Assembly (NCBI GenBank): GCA_964016885.1
Contig: OZ024743.1
Coordinates: 298,220,001 to 298,284,000, forward strand
Reading direction: 5' to 3'
DNA: 64,000 nucleotides
Source: Eledone cirrhosa
Lineage: Eukaryota
Every line of letters starts with the position of its first letter. The first letter of the stretch is position 1. A model generated the notes under the pieces. It did not search any database. It was not told the origin of the DNA and saw only the letters and a program-made list of their open reading frames with translations. Both the position numbers and the translations under genes were made by a program. Below are positions 42,701 to 56,210 of this stretch, in pieces.

Positions 42701-45700
42701 TTGATAATATGTGCGAAAAATAGTCAATTGCAACACCTTTGATGTCAAATTGGGTGGTAAGCACAAAAAAAAAATCCCGGATGAAAATTTGTCACACCAA
42801 AATCAATATCTTGGTGTGATGTAGTATGGTGTGGTTTGGTGAAGTTTCTACGAAGATAGTCATTTTCGACAGGTTTCCATGTCATAATTATTGATGAGTG
42901 TAAAAAAAATAGTCAATTGGGAGCACCTTTAATGTCAGATTGGGTGGTAAGCACACACACACAAAAAAAAAAGGAAACGGGAAGAAAATGTTTCACACCA
43001 AGATTAATAGCTTGGTGTGATGTAGTATGGTGTAACTTGGTATGGTGTGGTTTGGTTTGGTGAAGTTATGAAATGGAAACCAATTGTAAACGATAGATTC
43101 CCATGTCATATTTATCGATAATGTGTCGGAAAATAGTCATTTGCAAGCACCTTTGATGTTAGTTTGAGGTGGTAATCACAAAAAAAAAGCAGGTAGCAAA
43201 TTTGTCACATTGATGTCCATACCATGGTGTGATGTAAATGGTAGGAGTAAGTGTGATGTAGTATGGTGTGGTTTGGTGAAGTTTCTACAAAGATAGTCAT
43301 TTTCGACAGGTTTCCATGTCATAATTATTGATATGTGAAAAAAAAAGTAAATTGAGAGCACCTTTAATGTCAGATGGGGTAGTAAGCACACAGAAAAAAA
43401 AATGTTTCACACCAAGATCAATAGCTTGGTGCGATGTAGTATGGTGTAACTTGGTATGGTGTGGTTTATTTTGGTTTGGTGAAGTTATGAAATGGAAACC
43501 TATTGTAAACGATAGATTCCCATGTCATATTCATTGATAATGTGAGGTAAAATAGTCATTTGCAAGCATCTTTGATGTTAGTTTGAGGTGGTAACCACAA
43601 AAAAAAAAGCAGGTAGCAAATTTGTCACATTAATGTCCATATGATATGTAAATGGGAGGAGTATGTGTTCTGTAATAAATTTACCATATAGTGAAGTATG
43701 GTTATGGTTATGGTGAAGTATATGGTGTGGATTGAGGTAGATTAATGTGCTGTGGTGTGCTTTGTTATAAGTGAGGATTTAAATTTCCACTTTGATTTAT
43801 GTTAGAAAAAAAACTTTTCCTTCATTTTTGCACGTGTTATCAACTTCCAAGAAGCTCGCAGTGGACTATGCTTTTAGCATATTAACAAAAAATATGACTT
43901 CCGCTGCAATAAAAAATGACTAGCTTAGTAAATGGTATTTCCACCCACATCCTCCCTCTTTTTTCTACAAAGCTAGTCATTTTCGACAGTTTTCCATGTC
44001 ATAATTATTGATAATATGTGCGAAAAATAGTCAGTACCTTTGATGTCAAATTGGGTGGTAAGCACAAAAAAAAATCCCGATGAAAATTTGTCACACCAAA
44101 ATCAATATCTTGGTGTAATGTAGTATGGTGTGGTTTGGTGAAGTTTCTACGAAGATAGTCATTTTCAACACGTTTCCATGTCATAATTATTGATGAGTGG
44201 AAAAAAAATAGTCAATTGGGAGCACCTTTAATGTCAGATTGGGTGGTAAGCACACACACACAAAAAAAAAAATGGAAACGGGAAGAAAATGTTTCACACC
44301 AAGATTAATAGCTTGGTGTGATGTAGTATGGTGTAACTTGGTATGGTGTGGTTTGGTTTGGTGAAGTTGTGAAATAGAAACCAATTGTAAACGATAGATT
44401 CCCATGTCATATTTAACGATAATGTGTCGGAAAATAGTCATTTGCAAGCACCTTTGATGTTAGTTTGAGGTGGTAATCACAAAACAAAAGCAGGTAGCAA
44501 ATTTGTCACATTGATGTCCATACCATGGTGTGATGTAAATGGTAGGAGTAAGTGTGATGTAGTATGGTGTGGTTTGGTGAAGTTTCTACAAAGATAGTCA
44601 TTTCGACAGGTTTCCATGTCATAATTATTGATATGTGAAAAAAAAAGTAAATTGAGAGCACCTTTAATGTCAGATGGGGTAGTAAGCACACAGAAAAAAA
44701 AATGTTTCACACCAAGATCAATAGCTTGGTGCGATGTAGTATGGTGTAACTTGGTATGGTGTGGTTTATTTTGGTTTGGTGAAGTTATGAAATGGAAACC
44801 TATTGTAAACGATAGATTCCCATGTCATATTCATTGATAATGTGAGCTAAAATAGTCATTTGGAAGCATCTTTGATGTTAGTTTGAGGTGGTAACCACAA
44901 AAAAAAAAGCAGGTAGCAAATTTGTCACATTAATGTCCATATGATATGTAAATGGGAGGAGTATGTGTTCTGTAATAAATTTACCATATAGTGAAGTATG
45001 GTTATGGTTATGGTGAAGTATATGGTGTGGATTGAGGTAGATTAATGTGCTGTGGTGTGCTTTGTTATAAGTGAGGATTTAAATTTCCACTTTGATTTAT
45101 GTTAGAAAAAAAACTTTTCCTTCATTTTTGCACGTGTTATCAACTTCCAAGAAGCTCGCAGTGGACTATGCTTTTAGCATGTTAACAAAAAATATGACTT
45201 CCGCTGCAATAAAAAATAACTAGCTTTGTAAATGGTATTTCCACCCACATCCTCCCTCTTTTTTCTACAAAGCTAGTCATTTTCGACAGTTTTCCATGTC
45301 ATAATTATTGATAATATGTGCGAAAAATAGTCAGTACCTTTGATGTCAAATTGGGTGGTAAGCACAAAAAAAAAATCCCGGATGAAAATTTGTCACACCA
45401 AAAAATAGTCAATACCTTTGATGTCAAATTGGGTGGTAAGCACAAAAAAAAAATCCCGATGAAAATTTGTCACACCAAAATCAATATCTTGGTGTAATGT
45501 AGTATGGTGTGGTTTGGTGAAGTTTCTACGAAGATAGTCATTTTCAACACGTTTCCATGTCATAATTATTGATGAGTGGAAAAAAATTAGTCAATTGGGA
45601 GCACCTTTAATGTCAGATTGGGTGGTAAGCACACACACACAAAAAAAAAAATGGAAACGGGAAGAAAATGTTTCACACCAAGATTAATAGCTTGGTGTGA

Positions 45701-48700
45701 TGTAGTATGGTGTAACTTGGTATGGTGTGGTTTGTTTTGGTGAAGTTATGAAATGGAAACCAATTGTAAACGATAGATTCCCATGTCATATTTAACGATA
45801 ATGTGTCGGAAAATAGTCATTTGCAAGCACCTTTGATGTTAGTTTGAGGTGGTAATCACAAAAAAAAAGCAGGTAGCAAATTTGTCACATTGATGTCCAT
45901 ACCATGGTGTGATGTAAATGGTAGGAGTAAGTGTGATGTAGTATGGTGTGGTTTGGTGAAGTTTCTACAAAGATAGTCATTTTCGACAGGTTTCCATGTC
46001 ATAATTATTGATATGTGAAAAAAAAAGTAAATTGAGAGCACCTTTAATGTCAGATGGGGTAGTAAGCACACAGAAAAAAAAATGTTTCACACCAAGATCA
46101 ATAGCTTGGTGCGATGTAGTATGGTGTAACTTGGTATGGTGTGGTTTATTTTGGTTTGGTGAAGTTATGAAATGGAAACCTATTGTAAACGATAGATTCC
46201 CATGTCATATTCATTGATAATGTGAGCTAAAATAGTCATTTGCAAGCATCTTTGATGTTAGTTTGAGGTGGTAACCACAAAAAAATAAAGCAGGTAGCAA
46301 ATTTGTCACATTAATGTCCATATGATATGTAAATGGGAGGAGTATGTGTTCTGTAATAAATTTACCATATAGTGAAGTATGGTTATGGTTATGGTGAAGT
46401 ATATGGTGTGGATTGAGGTAGATTAATGTGCTGTGGTGTGCTTTGTTATAAGTGAGGATTTAAATTTCCACTTTGATTTATGTTAGAAAAAAAACTTTTC
46501 CTTCATTTTTGCATGTGTTATCAACTTCGAAGAAGCTCGCAGTGGACTATGCTTTTAGCATATTAACAAAAAATATGACTTCCGCTGCAATAAAAAATGA
46601 CTAGCTTTGTAAATGGTATTTCCACCCACATCCTCCCTCTTTTTTCTACAAAGCTAGTCATTTTCGACAGTTTTCCATGTCATAATTATTGATAATATGT
46701 GCGAAAAATAGTCAATTGCAACACCTTTGATGTCAAATTGGGTGGTAAGCACAAAAAAAAAATCCCGGATGAAAATTTGTCACACCAAAATCAATATCTT
46801 GGTGTGATGTAGTATGGTGTGGTTTGGTGAAGTTTCTACGAAGATAGTCATTTTCGACAGGTTTCCATGTCATAATTATTGATGAGTGGAAAAAAAATAG
46901 TCAATTGGGAGCACCTTTAATGTCAGATTGGGTGGTAAGCACACACACACAAAAAAAAAAGGAAACGGGAAGAAAATGTTTCACACCAAGATTAATAGCT
47001 TGGTGTGATGTAGTATGGTGTAACTTGGTATGGTGTGGTTTGGTTTGGTGAAGTTATGAAATGGAAACCAATTGTAAACGATAGATTCCCATGTCATATT
47101 TATCGATAATGTGTCGGAAAATAGTCATTTGCAAGCACCTTTGATGTTAGTTTGAGGTGGTAATCACACAAAAAAAAGCAGGTAGCAAATTTGTCACATT
47201 GATGTCCATACCATGGTGTGATGTAAATGGTAGGAGTAAGTGTGATGTAGTATGGTGTGGTTTGGTGAAGTTTCTACAAAGATAGTCATTTTCGATAGGT
47301 TTCCATGTCATAATTATTGATATGTGAAAAAAAAAAGTAAATTGAGAGCACCTTTAATGTCAGATGGGGCAGTAAGCACACAGAAAAAAAAATATTTCAC
47401 ACCAAGATCAATAGCTTGGTGCCATGTAGTATGGTGTAACTTGGTATGGTGTGGTTTATTTTGGTTTGGTGAAGTTATGAAATGGAAACCTATTGTAAAC
47501 GATAGATTCCCATGTCATATTCATTGATAATGTGAGGTAAAATAGTCATTTGGAAGCATCTTTGATGTTAGTTTGAGGTGGTAACCACAAAAAAAAAAGC
47601 AGGTAGCAAATTTGTCACATTAATGTCCATATGATATGTAAATGGGAGGAGTATGTGTTCTGTAATAAATTTACCATATAGTGAAGTATGGTTATGGTTA
47701 TGGTGAAGTATATGGTGTGGATTGAGGTAGATTAATGTGCTGTGGTGTGCTTTGTTATGAGTGAGGATTTAAATTTCCACTTTGATTTATGTTAGAAAAA
47801 AAACTTTTCCTTCATTTTTGCATGTGTTATCAACTTCCAAGAAGCTCGCAGTGGACTATGCTTTTAGCATATTAACAAAAAATATGACTTCCGCTGCAAT
47901 AAAAAATGACTAGCTTTGTAAATGGTATTTCCACCCACATCCTCCCTCTTTTTTCTACAAAGCTAGTCATTTTCGACAGGTTTCCATGTCATAATTATTG
48001 ATGAGTGTAAAAAAAATAGTCAATTGGGAGCACCTTTAATGTCAGATTGGGTGGTAAGCACACACACACAAAAAAAAAAGGAAACGGGAAGAAAATGTTT
48101 CACACCAAGATTAATAGCTTGGTGTGATGTAGTATGGTGTAATTTGGTATGGTGTGGTTTGGTTTGGTGAAGTTATGAAATGGAAACCAATTGTAAACGA
48201 TAGATTCCCATGTCATATTTATCGATAATGTGTCGGAAAATAGTCATTTGCAAGCACCTTTGATGTTAGTTTGAGGTGGTAATCACAAAAAAAAAGCAGG
48301 TAGCAAATTTGTCACATTGATGTCCATACCATGGTGTGATGTAAATGGTAGGAGTAAGTGTGATGTAGTATGGTGTGGTTTGGTGAAGTTTCTACAAAGA
48401 TAGTCATTTTCGACAGGTTTCCATGTCATAATTATTGATATGTGAAAAAAAAAGTAAATTGAGAGCGCCTTTAATGTCAGATGGGGTAGTAAGCACACAG
48501 AAAAAAAAATGTTTCACACCAAGATCAATAGCTTGGTGCGATGTAGTATGGTGTAACTTGGTATGGTGTGGTTTATTTTGGTTTGGTGAAGTTATGAAAT
48601 GGAAACCTATTGTAAACGATAGATTCCCATGTCATATTCATTGATAATGTGTGGTAAAATAGTCATTTGCAAGCATCTTTGATGTTAGTTTGAGGTGGTA

Positions 48701-51700
48701 ACCACAAAAAAAAAAGCAGGTAGCAAATTTGTCACATTAATGTCCATATGATATGTAAATGGTAGGAGTAGGTGTTCTGTAATAAATTTACCATATAGTG
48801 AAGTATGGTTATGGTTATGGTGAAGTATATGGTGTGGATTGAGGTAGATTTATGTGCTGTGGTGTGCTTTGTTATAAGTGAGGATTTAAATTTCCACTTT
48901 GATTTATGTTAGAAAAAAAACTTTTCCTTCATTTTTGCATGTGTTATCAACTTTCAAGAAGCTCGCAGTGGACTATGCTTTTAGCATATTAACAAAAAAT
49001 GACTAGCTTTGTAAATTGTATTTCCACCCACATCCTCCCTCTTTTTTCTACAAAGCTAGTCATTTTCGACAGTTTTCCATGTCATAATTATTGATAATAT
49101 GTGCGAAAAATAGTCAATTGCAACACCTTTGATGTCAAATTGGGTGGTAAGCACAAAAAAAAAATCCCGGATGAAAATTTGTCACACCAAAATCAATATC
49201 TTGGTGTGATGTAGTATGGTGTGGTTTGGTGAAGTTTCTACGAAGATAGTCATTTTCGACAGGTTTCCATGTCATAATTATTGATGAGTGTAAAAAAAAT
49301 AGTCAATTGGGAGCACCTTTAATGTCAGATTGGGTGGTAAGCACACACACACAAAAAAAAAAGGAAACGGGAAGAAAATGTTTCACACCAAGATTAATAG
49401 CTTGGTGTGATGTAGTATGGTGTAACTTGGTATGGTGTGGTTTGGTTTGGTGAAGTTATGAAATGGAAACCAATTGTAAACGATAGATTCCCATGTCATA
49501 TTTATCGATAATGTGTCGGAAAATAGTCATTTGCAAGCACCTTTGATGTTAGTTTGAGGTGGTAATCACACAAAAAAAAGCAGGTAGCAAATTTGTCACA
49601 TTGATGTCCATACCATGGTGTGATGTAAATGGTAGGAGTAAGTGTGATGTAGTATGGTGTGGTTTGGTGAAGTTTCTACAAAGATAGTCATTTTCGATAG
49701 GTTTCCATGTCATAATTATTGATATGTGAAAAAAAAAAGTAAATTGAGAGCACCTTTAATGTCAGATGGGGCAGTAAGCACACAGAAAAAAAAATATTTC
49801 ACACCAAGATCAATAGCTTGGTGCCATGTAGTATGGTGTAACTTGGTATGGTGTGGTTTATTTTGGTTTGGTGAAGTTATGAAATGGAAACCTATTGTAA
49901 ACAATAGATTCCCATGTCATATTCATTGATAATGTGAGGTAAAATAGTCATTTGGAAGCATCTTTGATGTTAGTTTGAGGTGGTAACCACAAAAAAAAAA
50001 GCAGGTAGCAAATTTGTCACATTAATGTCCATATGATATGTAAATGGGAGGAGTATGTGTTCTGTAATAAATTTACCATATAGTGAAGTATGGTTATGGT
50101 TATGGTGAAGTATATGGTGTGGATTGAGGTAGATTAATGTGCTGTGGTGTGCTTTGTTATAAGTGAGGATTTAAATTTCCACTTTGATTTATGTTAGAAA
50201 AAAAACTTTTCCTTCATTTTTGCATGTGTAATCAACTTCCAAGAAGCTCGCAGTGGACTATGCTTTTAGCATATTAACAAAAAATATGACTTCCGCTGCA
50301 ATAAAAAATGACTAGCTTTGTAAATGGTATTTCCACCCACATCCTCCCTCTTTTTTCTACAAAGCTAGTCATTTTCGACAGGTTTCCATGTCATAATTAT
50401 TGATGAGTGTAAAAAAAATAGTCAATTGGGAGCACCTTTAATGTCAGATTGGGTGGTAAGCACACACACACAAAAAAAAAAGGAAACGGGAAGAAAATGT
50501 TTCACACCAAGATTAATAGCTTGGTGTGATGTAGTATGGTGTAATTTGGTATGGTGTGGTTTGGTTTGGTGAAGTTATGAAATGGAAACCAATTGTAAAC
50601 GATAGATTCCCATGTCATATTTATCGATAATGTGTCGGAAAATAGTCATTTGCAAGCACCTTTGATGTTAGTTTGAGGTGGTAATCACAAAAAAAAAGCA
50701 GGTAGCAAATTTGTCACATTGATGTCCATACCATGGTGTGATGTAAATGGTAGGAGTAAGTGTGATGTAGTATGGTGTGGTTTGGTGAAGTTTCTACAAA
50801 GATAGTCATTTTCGACAGGTTTCCATGTCATAATTATTGATATGTGAAAAAAAAAGTAAATTGAGAGCGCCTTTAATGTCAGATGGGGTAGTAAGCACAC
50901 AGAAAAAAAAATGTTTCACACCAAGATCAATAGATTGGTGCGATGTAGTATGGTGTAACTTGGTATGGTGTGGTTTATTTTGGTTTGGTGAAGTTATGAA
51001 ATGGAAACCTATTGTAAACGATAGATTCCCATGTCATATTCATTGATAATGTGAGCTAAAATAGTCATTTGCAAGCATCTTTGATGTTAGTTTGAGGTGG
51101 TAACCACAAAAAAATAAAGCAGGTAGCCAATCTGTCACATTAATGTCCATACGATATGTAAATGGTAGGAGTAGGTGTTCTGTAATAAATTTACCATATA
51201 GTGAAGTATGGTTATGGTTATGGTGAAGTATATGGTGTGGATTGAGGTAGATTAATGTGCTGTGGTGTGCTTTGTTATAAGTGAGGATTTAAATTTCCAC
51301 TTTGATTTATGTTAGAAAAAAAACTTTTCCTTCATTTTTGCATGTGTTATCAACTTCCAAGAAGCTCGCAGTGGACTATGCTTTTAGCATATTAACAAAA
51401 AATATGACTTCCGCTGCAATAAAAAATGACTAGCTTTGTAAATTGTATTTCCACCCACATCCTCCCTTTTTTTTCTACAAAGCTAGTCATTTTCGACAGT
51501 TTTCCATGTCATAATTATTGATAATATGTGCGAAAAATAGTCAATTGCAACACCTTTGATGTCAAATTGGGTGGTAAGCACAAAAAAAAAATCCCGGATG
51601 AAAATTTGTCACACCAAAATCAATATCTTGGTGTGATGTAGTATGGTGTGGTTTGGTGAAGTTTCTACGAAGATAGTCATTTTCGACAGGTTTCCATGTC

Positions 51701-53859
51701 ATAATTATTGATGAGTGTAAAAAAAATAGTCAATTGGGAGCACCATTAATGTCAGATTGGGTGGTAAGCACACACACAAAAAAAAAAAAGGAAACGGGAA
51801 GAAAATGTTTCACACCAAGATTAATAGCTTGGTGTGATGTAGTATGGTGTGCTTTGGTGAAGTTTCTACAAAGATAGTCATTTTCGACAGGTTTCCATGT
51901 CATAATTATTGATATGTGAAAAAAAAAGTAAATTGAGAGCACCTTTAATGTCAGATGGGGTAGTAAGCACACAGAAAAAAAAATGTTTCACACCAAGATC
52001 AATAGCTTGGTGCGATGTAGTATGGTGTAACTTGGTATGGTGTGGTTTATTTTGGTTTGGTGAAGTTATGAAATGGAAACCTATTGTAAACGATAGATTC
52101 CCATGTCATATTCATTGATAATGTGAGGTAAAATAGTCATTTGCAAGCATCTTTGATGTTAGTTTGAGGTGGTAACCACAAAAAAATAAAGCAGGTAGCA
52201 AATTTGTCACATTAATGTCCATATGATATGTAAATGGGAGGAGTATGTGTTCTGTAATAAATTTACCATATAGTGAAGTATGGTTATGGTTATGGTGAAG
52301 TATATGGTGTGGATTGAGGCAGATTAATGTGCTGTGGTGTGCTTTGTTATAAGTGAGGATTTAAATTTCCACTTGGATTTATGTTAGAAAAAAAGCTTTT
52401 CCTTCATTTTTGCATGTGTTATCAACTTCCAAGAAGCTCGCAGTGGACTATGCTTTTAGCATATTAACAAAAAATATGACTTCCGCTGCAATAAAAAATG
52501 ACTAGCTTTGTAAATGGTATTTCCACCCACATCCTCCCTCTTTTTTCTACAAAGCTAGTCATTTTCGACAGTTTTCCATGTCATAATTATTGATAATATG
52601 TGCGAAAAATAGTCAATTGCAACACCTTTGATGTCAAATTGGGTGGTAAGCACAAAAAAAAAATCCCGGATGAAAATTTGTCACACCAAAATCAATATCT
52701 TGGTGTGATGTAGTATGGTGTGGTTTGGTGAAGTTTCTACGAAGATAGTCATTTTCGACAGGTTTCCATGTCATAATTATTGATGAGTGTAAAAAAAATA
52801 GTCAATTGGGAGCACCTTTAATGTCAGATTGGGTGGTAAGCACACACACAAAAAAAAAAGAGGAAACGGGAAGAAAATGTTTCACACCAAGATTAATAGC
52901 TTGGTGTGATGTAGTATGGTGTAACTCGGTATGGTGTGGTTTGGTTTGGTGAAGTTATGAATGGAAACCAATTGTAAACGATAGATTCCCATGTCATATT
53001 TATCGATAACGTGTCGGAAAATAGTCATTTGCAAGCACCTTTGATGTTAGTTTGAGGTGGTAATCACAAAAAAAAAGCAGGTAGCAAATTTGTCACATTG
53101 ATGTCCATACCATGGTGTGATGTAAATGGTAGGAGTAAGTGTGATGTAGTATGGTGTGGTTTGGTGAAGTTTCTACAAAGATAGTCATTTTCGACAGGTT
53201 TCCATGTCATAATTATTGATATGTGAAAAAAAAAGTAAATTGAGAGCACCTTTAATGTCAGATGGGGTAGTAAGCACACAGAAAAAAAAATGTTTCACAC
53301 CAAGATCAATAGCTTGGTGCGATGTAGTATGGTGTAACTTGGTATGGTGTGGTTTATTTTGGTTTGGTGAAGTTATGAAATGGAAACCTATTGTAAACGA
53401 TAGATTCCCATGTCATATTCATTGATAATGTGTGGTAAAATAGTCATTTGCAAGCATCTTTGATGTTAGTTTGAGGTGGTAACCACAAAAAAAAAAGCAG
53501 GTAGCAAATTTGTCACATTAATGTCCATATGATATGTAAATGGTAGGAGTAGGTGTTCTGTAATAAATTTACCATATAGTGAAGTATGGTTATGGTTATG
53601 GTGAAGTATATGGTGTGGATTGAGGTAGATTAATGTGCTGTGGTGTGCTTTGTTATAAGTGAGGATTTAAATTTCCACTTTGATTTATGTTAGAAAAAAA
53701 CTTTTCCTTCATTTTTGCATGTGTTATTCACTTCCAAGAAGCTCGCAGTGGACTATGCTTTTAGCATATTAACAAAAAATATGACTTCCGCTGCAATAAA
53801 AAATGACTAGCTTTGTAAATGGTATTTCCACCCACATCATCCCTCTTTTTTCTACAAAG

Positions 53860-54175
53860 CTAGTCATTTTCGACAGTTTTCCATGTCATAATTATTGATA
53901 ATATGTGTGAAAAATAGTCAATTGCGAACACTTTTAATGTCAGATTGGGTGGTAAGCACACACACAAAAAAAGCAGGAAGAAATTTCTTCACACTGAGTT
54001 CAATAGCATGGTGTGATGTAGTATGGTGTAGTTTGTTATGTTGTGGTTTGGTGTAGTTTGGTGTAGTTATAACATGGAAACCTATCATAAATTTACCAAG
54101 GTATGGTATAATATGGTTTGGTGTAGTGTAGGTTAGTGTGGTGTGGTGTGTTGTGTTATCATGTTGCATCGTATA
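53860..54175 (+). repeat. Diverged terminal monomer at the array edge, decaying into a GTGTG-type microsatellite
   Basis: Starts as monomer A, then shows B-like TAATGTCAGATTGGGTGGTAAGCACACACAC, C/E-like AAAAAGCAGG, D-like GGAAACCTAT and E-like AAATTTACCA, with many private substitutions. Confidence 0.85.
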
Positions 54176-54279
54176 GCGTGATTCTCTTTAAATTAAAATC
54201 ATTAAAATGTAATGCCTATCTTCTATATCTTAAAGAGTGACCTTAAATGTGATTGCAAATGACTTTTTTCTCTGGATTA

Positions 54280-56210
54280 ATGTTAGATTTAGGGTTAGTG
54301 TAAGTTTTACTGTTAATGGTAAGTTTATTGTTAGTGACGGTGTTACTGTTAGCATTACTGTCAGTTAGTGTTACTGTAACTGTTACTCTTACAGTTACTG
54401 TTTGCGTTACTGTCTGCATCAGATTTAGCATTTGCATAAGCGTCTATGTAAGCTTTTGTGTTAGTGTCTATGTAGACTGGTGTTAGCATCTGCGTTAGTG
54501 TTTGGATTAGCCTTAGTGTTTGCGTAAGTGTCAGCATCTATGTCAGCATTTGCGTCAGCGTCTGCATTGGTGATAGTGATTGTGTCAGCATTTCCCTTAG
54601 GGTCTGAGTCAAAATTAGTGTTAGCATTAGTGTTTGTTTCAGTGCCTACGTCTACATCAGCTTCTGAGTCAGCATTATTATTAGCGTCCGCGTCAGTACT
54701 TGTGTCAGTGTCAGCATTTCCTTCAGCGTGCACGTCAGCATTTGCATTAGTGTTTGAGTCAGTGTTAGCATCAGCGTTTGCATTTGCGTAGGGGTTAGCA
54801 TTTGCGTCAGCATCTGCATCAGCATTCACTTTAGCATTAGCGTTTGCGACAGCGTTTCCGTTAGCGTCTGTGTCAGTGTTTCCGTTAGCATCTGTGTAAG
54901 TGTTTATGTTAGCTTCTACGTCAGTGTTTCCGTTAGCTTCTATGTCAGTGTTTCCGTTAGCGTCTGTGTCAGTGTTTCCGTTAGCTTCTACGTCAGTATT
55001 TACGTTAGCTTCTATGTCAGTGTTTCCGTTAGCTTCTACGTCAGCGTTTCCGACAGCGTCAGCGTCAGCGTTTACGTTAGCGTCTGTGTCAGCGTTTCCG
55101 TAACGTCTACGTCAGCGTTTTCCGTTAGCATTGGCGTTTCCATTAACCTTTCCTGTGGCGTCCGCATCATTGCAGCGTCTGCATATCCCATGTAAGCGTT
55201 AACTTCAGAATTTGCATCAGCGTTAGCGTTAGCCTTAACCCTAGCGCCCGCATCAGCATTTGCGTTAGCGTCAGCATACAAGTCAGCGCCGGCAAAACTG
55301 CCTCAACATTTGCGTCAGCGTTAGCTTGGCTTTGGCTTCAGCAATCCGCATCAGCAATTGCGTTTTGGAGATCAGCTTCGGCGGTAAGGGTAAACGCTAA
55401 CTTCTACGCCTGCTTCTACGTAACAACTACGTCAGCGTTTTGTTAGCTTCTCCGTCAGCGTTTACGTTAGCTTCTACATCAGCATCTACGTCAGCTTCTA
55501 CGTCAGCGTCTACGTTAACATCTACGTCATCGTTTAGGTTAGCTTCTACGTCAGCGCTTACATTAGTGTCTGTGTCAGCATTTGTGTTAGCTTTTACGTC
55601 AGCGTCTGTATTTACATCTACATCAGCGTCAGCGTTTACATTTGCGTCTGTGTCAGCGTTTACGTTAGCTTCTACATCATCGTTAGCTTCTGCGTCATCG
55701 ATTCCGTTAGCGTCTGTGTCAACGTGTGTGAGCATCTGTGTCAGCGTTTATGTTATCGTCTGCGTCAGTGTTTATGTTAGCATCTGCGTCAGTCTTTACG
55801 TTAGCATGTGTGTTAACGTGTGTTAGCATCTGTGTCAGCATTTTCATTAGTGTTTGCATCAGTATTTCCTTTAGCTTCTACGTCAATGTTTATGTCTGCG
55901 TTAAGGTTCATATTAGCATCGCTGTCATCGTTTGCGTCAGCATTTGCGTTTGCTTTAACATCTGCATCAACATTTGCGTCTGTGTTTGCGTTTGCTTTAG
56001 TGTTTGCATCAGTGTGAGCATTTGTATCAGTGTCCATGTCAGCGTTAGAGTCTGTGTAGCATTTACATCAGCGTGTGCGTCAGAGTCTTTGTCAGCATTC
56101 GCCTTTGCACCTGCATCAGTATTCACGTTAGTGTTTGTGTCAGCGTAAGCGATTGTGTCACAACATTCGCGCTAGCGTTTGTGCCAGCAGAGCCATCTTC
56201 GTCAGTGTCA
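54280..56210. repeat. Degenerate hexamer-periodic low-complexity tract (GTCAGC/GTTAGC/GTCTGC type)
   Basis: 6-bp periodicity gives ASASVS / ADADAN / TLTLT pseudo-translations in overlapping frames on both strands. Confidence 0.9.
54850..55130. repeat. 24-bp minisatellite, consensus CGTTAGCTTCTACGTCAGTGTTTC, ~10 copies
   Basis: Direct reading; translates as recurring FPLAS(T/M/V)SV octapeptides. Confidence 0.85.

Larger units (their letters stand above)
1..53915. repeat. Tandem satellite array, ~42 head-to-tail units of ~1.3 kb (range ~870-1386 bp), truncated by the left window edge
   Basis: Near-identical blocks recur; the same spurious ORF landmark (MCLLPHL...) falls at 478, 1863, 3170, 4475, 5860, 7167, 9440 ... 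51972, 53279, with spacings mostly 1300-1308 or 1380-1386 bp. Confidence 0.99.

Noticed and set aside
263-53425. Recurrent 60-90 aa ORFs (MCLLPHL..., MICEKKSK..., MTWKPVEN..., MQMTIFRH...)
   Set aside because: They overlap on both strands, mostly use non-ATG starts, shift or vanish with homopolymer length changes and show no domain; they are satellite by-products.
1-53915. CRISPR array or rDNA/5S/snRNA/histone tandem cluster
   Set aside because: No unique spacers, no cas genes, and no recognisable structural-RNA or histone sequence in the unit.
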